A stretch of 64,000 bases of DNA. Source: Rhodospirillales bacterium. Lineage in GTDB: Bacteria; Pseudomonadota; Alphaproteobacteria; Rhodospirillales; JAPHRK01. Position numbers and translations under genes: made by a program. Of this stretch, positions 63,436-64,000 are shown in pieces (the stretch's first letter is position 1; each line of letters begins with the position of its first letter). The DNA is taken from positions 12,566 through 76,565 of the forward strand of contig JAPHRK010000002.1 in NCBI GenBank assembly GCA_026196105.1, in the 5' to 3' direction. Below the pieces are notes generated by a model. The model was not told the origin of the DNA and made no database searches. It was given only the letters and a program-made list of their open reading frames with translations.

Positions 63436-64000
63436 ATGGCCAATATAATCACCATCGCTCAACAAAAAGGCGGTGCAGGCAAGACGACCCTCGCCGCCCA
63501 ATTAGCTGTCACTATAGCCTCCAGAAATAAATCTATTGCTCTGATGGATATTGACCCTCAAGGCAGTGTGGTTGGGTGGCATAAAATGCGGGAAACCTGG
63601 ACTGGGACCCCTTTGTCAGAAGTGGTTTTAAGTGAAGTCTCAGGTTGGCGGGTCTCTACAGAAATTGACCGGCTAAAGAAAAAATATGATTTCATTATCA
63701 TTGATAGCCCTCCTCACGCTGAAACTGAGGCAAAAAACGCTATCAGAGCAGCAAGTTTAGTCCTGATCCCTATTCAGCCTAGCCCAATGGACTTATGGGC
63801 AACTCAACCGACCCTTGATCTCGCTAAAAAAGAAAAAACGCCCTGCCTTTTAGTTCTTAACCGGGTTCCTCCTCGTGGAAAAATTGTCGAAACGATTAAA
63901 GGGGAAATAGCTGAAACAGGTCATCCTTGTGCTGATAATCAATTGGGAAACCGAACGGCCTTTGCGACCAGTATGATGGAAGGTCGCGGTGTTGTAGAAA
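63436..64000 (+). CDS. ParA/MinD-family P-loop ATPase (3' end beyond the window)
   Basis: Hand translation from ATG 63436 (GGAG 8 nt upstream): MANIITIAQQKGGAGKTTLAAQLAV...DFIIIDSPP... It has the deviant Walker A KGGxGKT and is open to the window end. Confidence 0.8.
   Translation, partial: MANIITIAQQKGGAGKTTLAAQLAVTIASRNKSIALMDIDPQGSVVGWHKMRETWTGTPLSEVVLSEVSGWRVSTEIDRLKKKYDFIIIDSPPHAETEAKNAIRAASLVLIPIQPSPMDLWATQPTLDLAKKEKTPCLLVLNRVPPRGKIVETIKGEIAETGHPCADNQLGNRTAFATSMMEGRGVVE

Overview
This window reads as a highly syntenic core-chromosome segment of an alphaproteobacterium. The taxon call rests on three things: a GAAC-N7-GAAC LexA box in front of lexA, lpxI instead of lpxH inside the lpxD-fabZ-lpxA-lpxI-lpxB block, and the overall gene order. 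GC looks mid-range by eye but was not computed. I call about 69 protein genes and 3 tRNAs. From about 7.4 kb to 62 kb every gene except one (a DJ-1/PfpI gene) lies on the minus strand. In coordinate order the window holds: a partial DUF502 gene, a stand-alone cNMP-binding protein, NUDIX, lexA, comEC, gltX, gltA and gloA; then lpxB-lpxI-lpxA-fabZ-lpxD-skp-bamA-rseP-dxr-cdsA-uppS-frr-pyrH-tsf-rpsB; then bdhA, a small PAS_5-like protein and dnaE-lolD-lolE-proS; then a small accessory pocket; then DUF1467-mce-rnj-coaX-birA and a complete, uninterrupted nuoN to nuoA operon (14 genes). The remainder is tRNA-Asp, an AT-rich spacer, tRNA-Val, hupB, lon, clpX, clpP, tig, tRNA-Leu, malonyl-CoA decarboxylase, nnr, dadA and a partial ParA-like ATPase. 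I saw no CRISPR array, rRNA, transposase, integrase or prophage genes, and no recognisable multi-gene defence system. The window is mostly ordinary housekeeping DNA. The best candidate for a second look is the roughly 2.2-kb pocket at 30.6-32.9 kb: DJ-1 on the opposite strand, a Lys-tailed 104-aa unknown translationally coupled to tag, and a solitary BglII-like restriction-endonuclease-fold gene with no methyltransferase anywhere in the window. Minor oddities are a roughly 0.6-kb AT-rich non-coding spacer between tRNA-Asp and tRNA-Val, a long imperfect hairpin between tsf and pyrH, and a histone-H1-like AKKP tail on trigger factor. All family assignments come from reading motifs in the translations; no database search was run.
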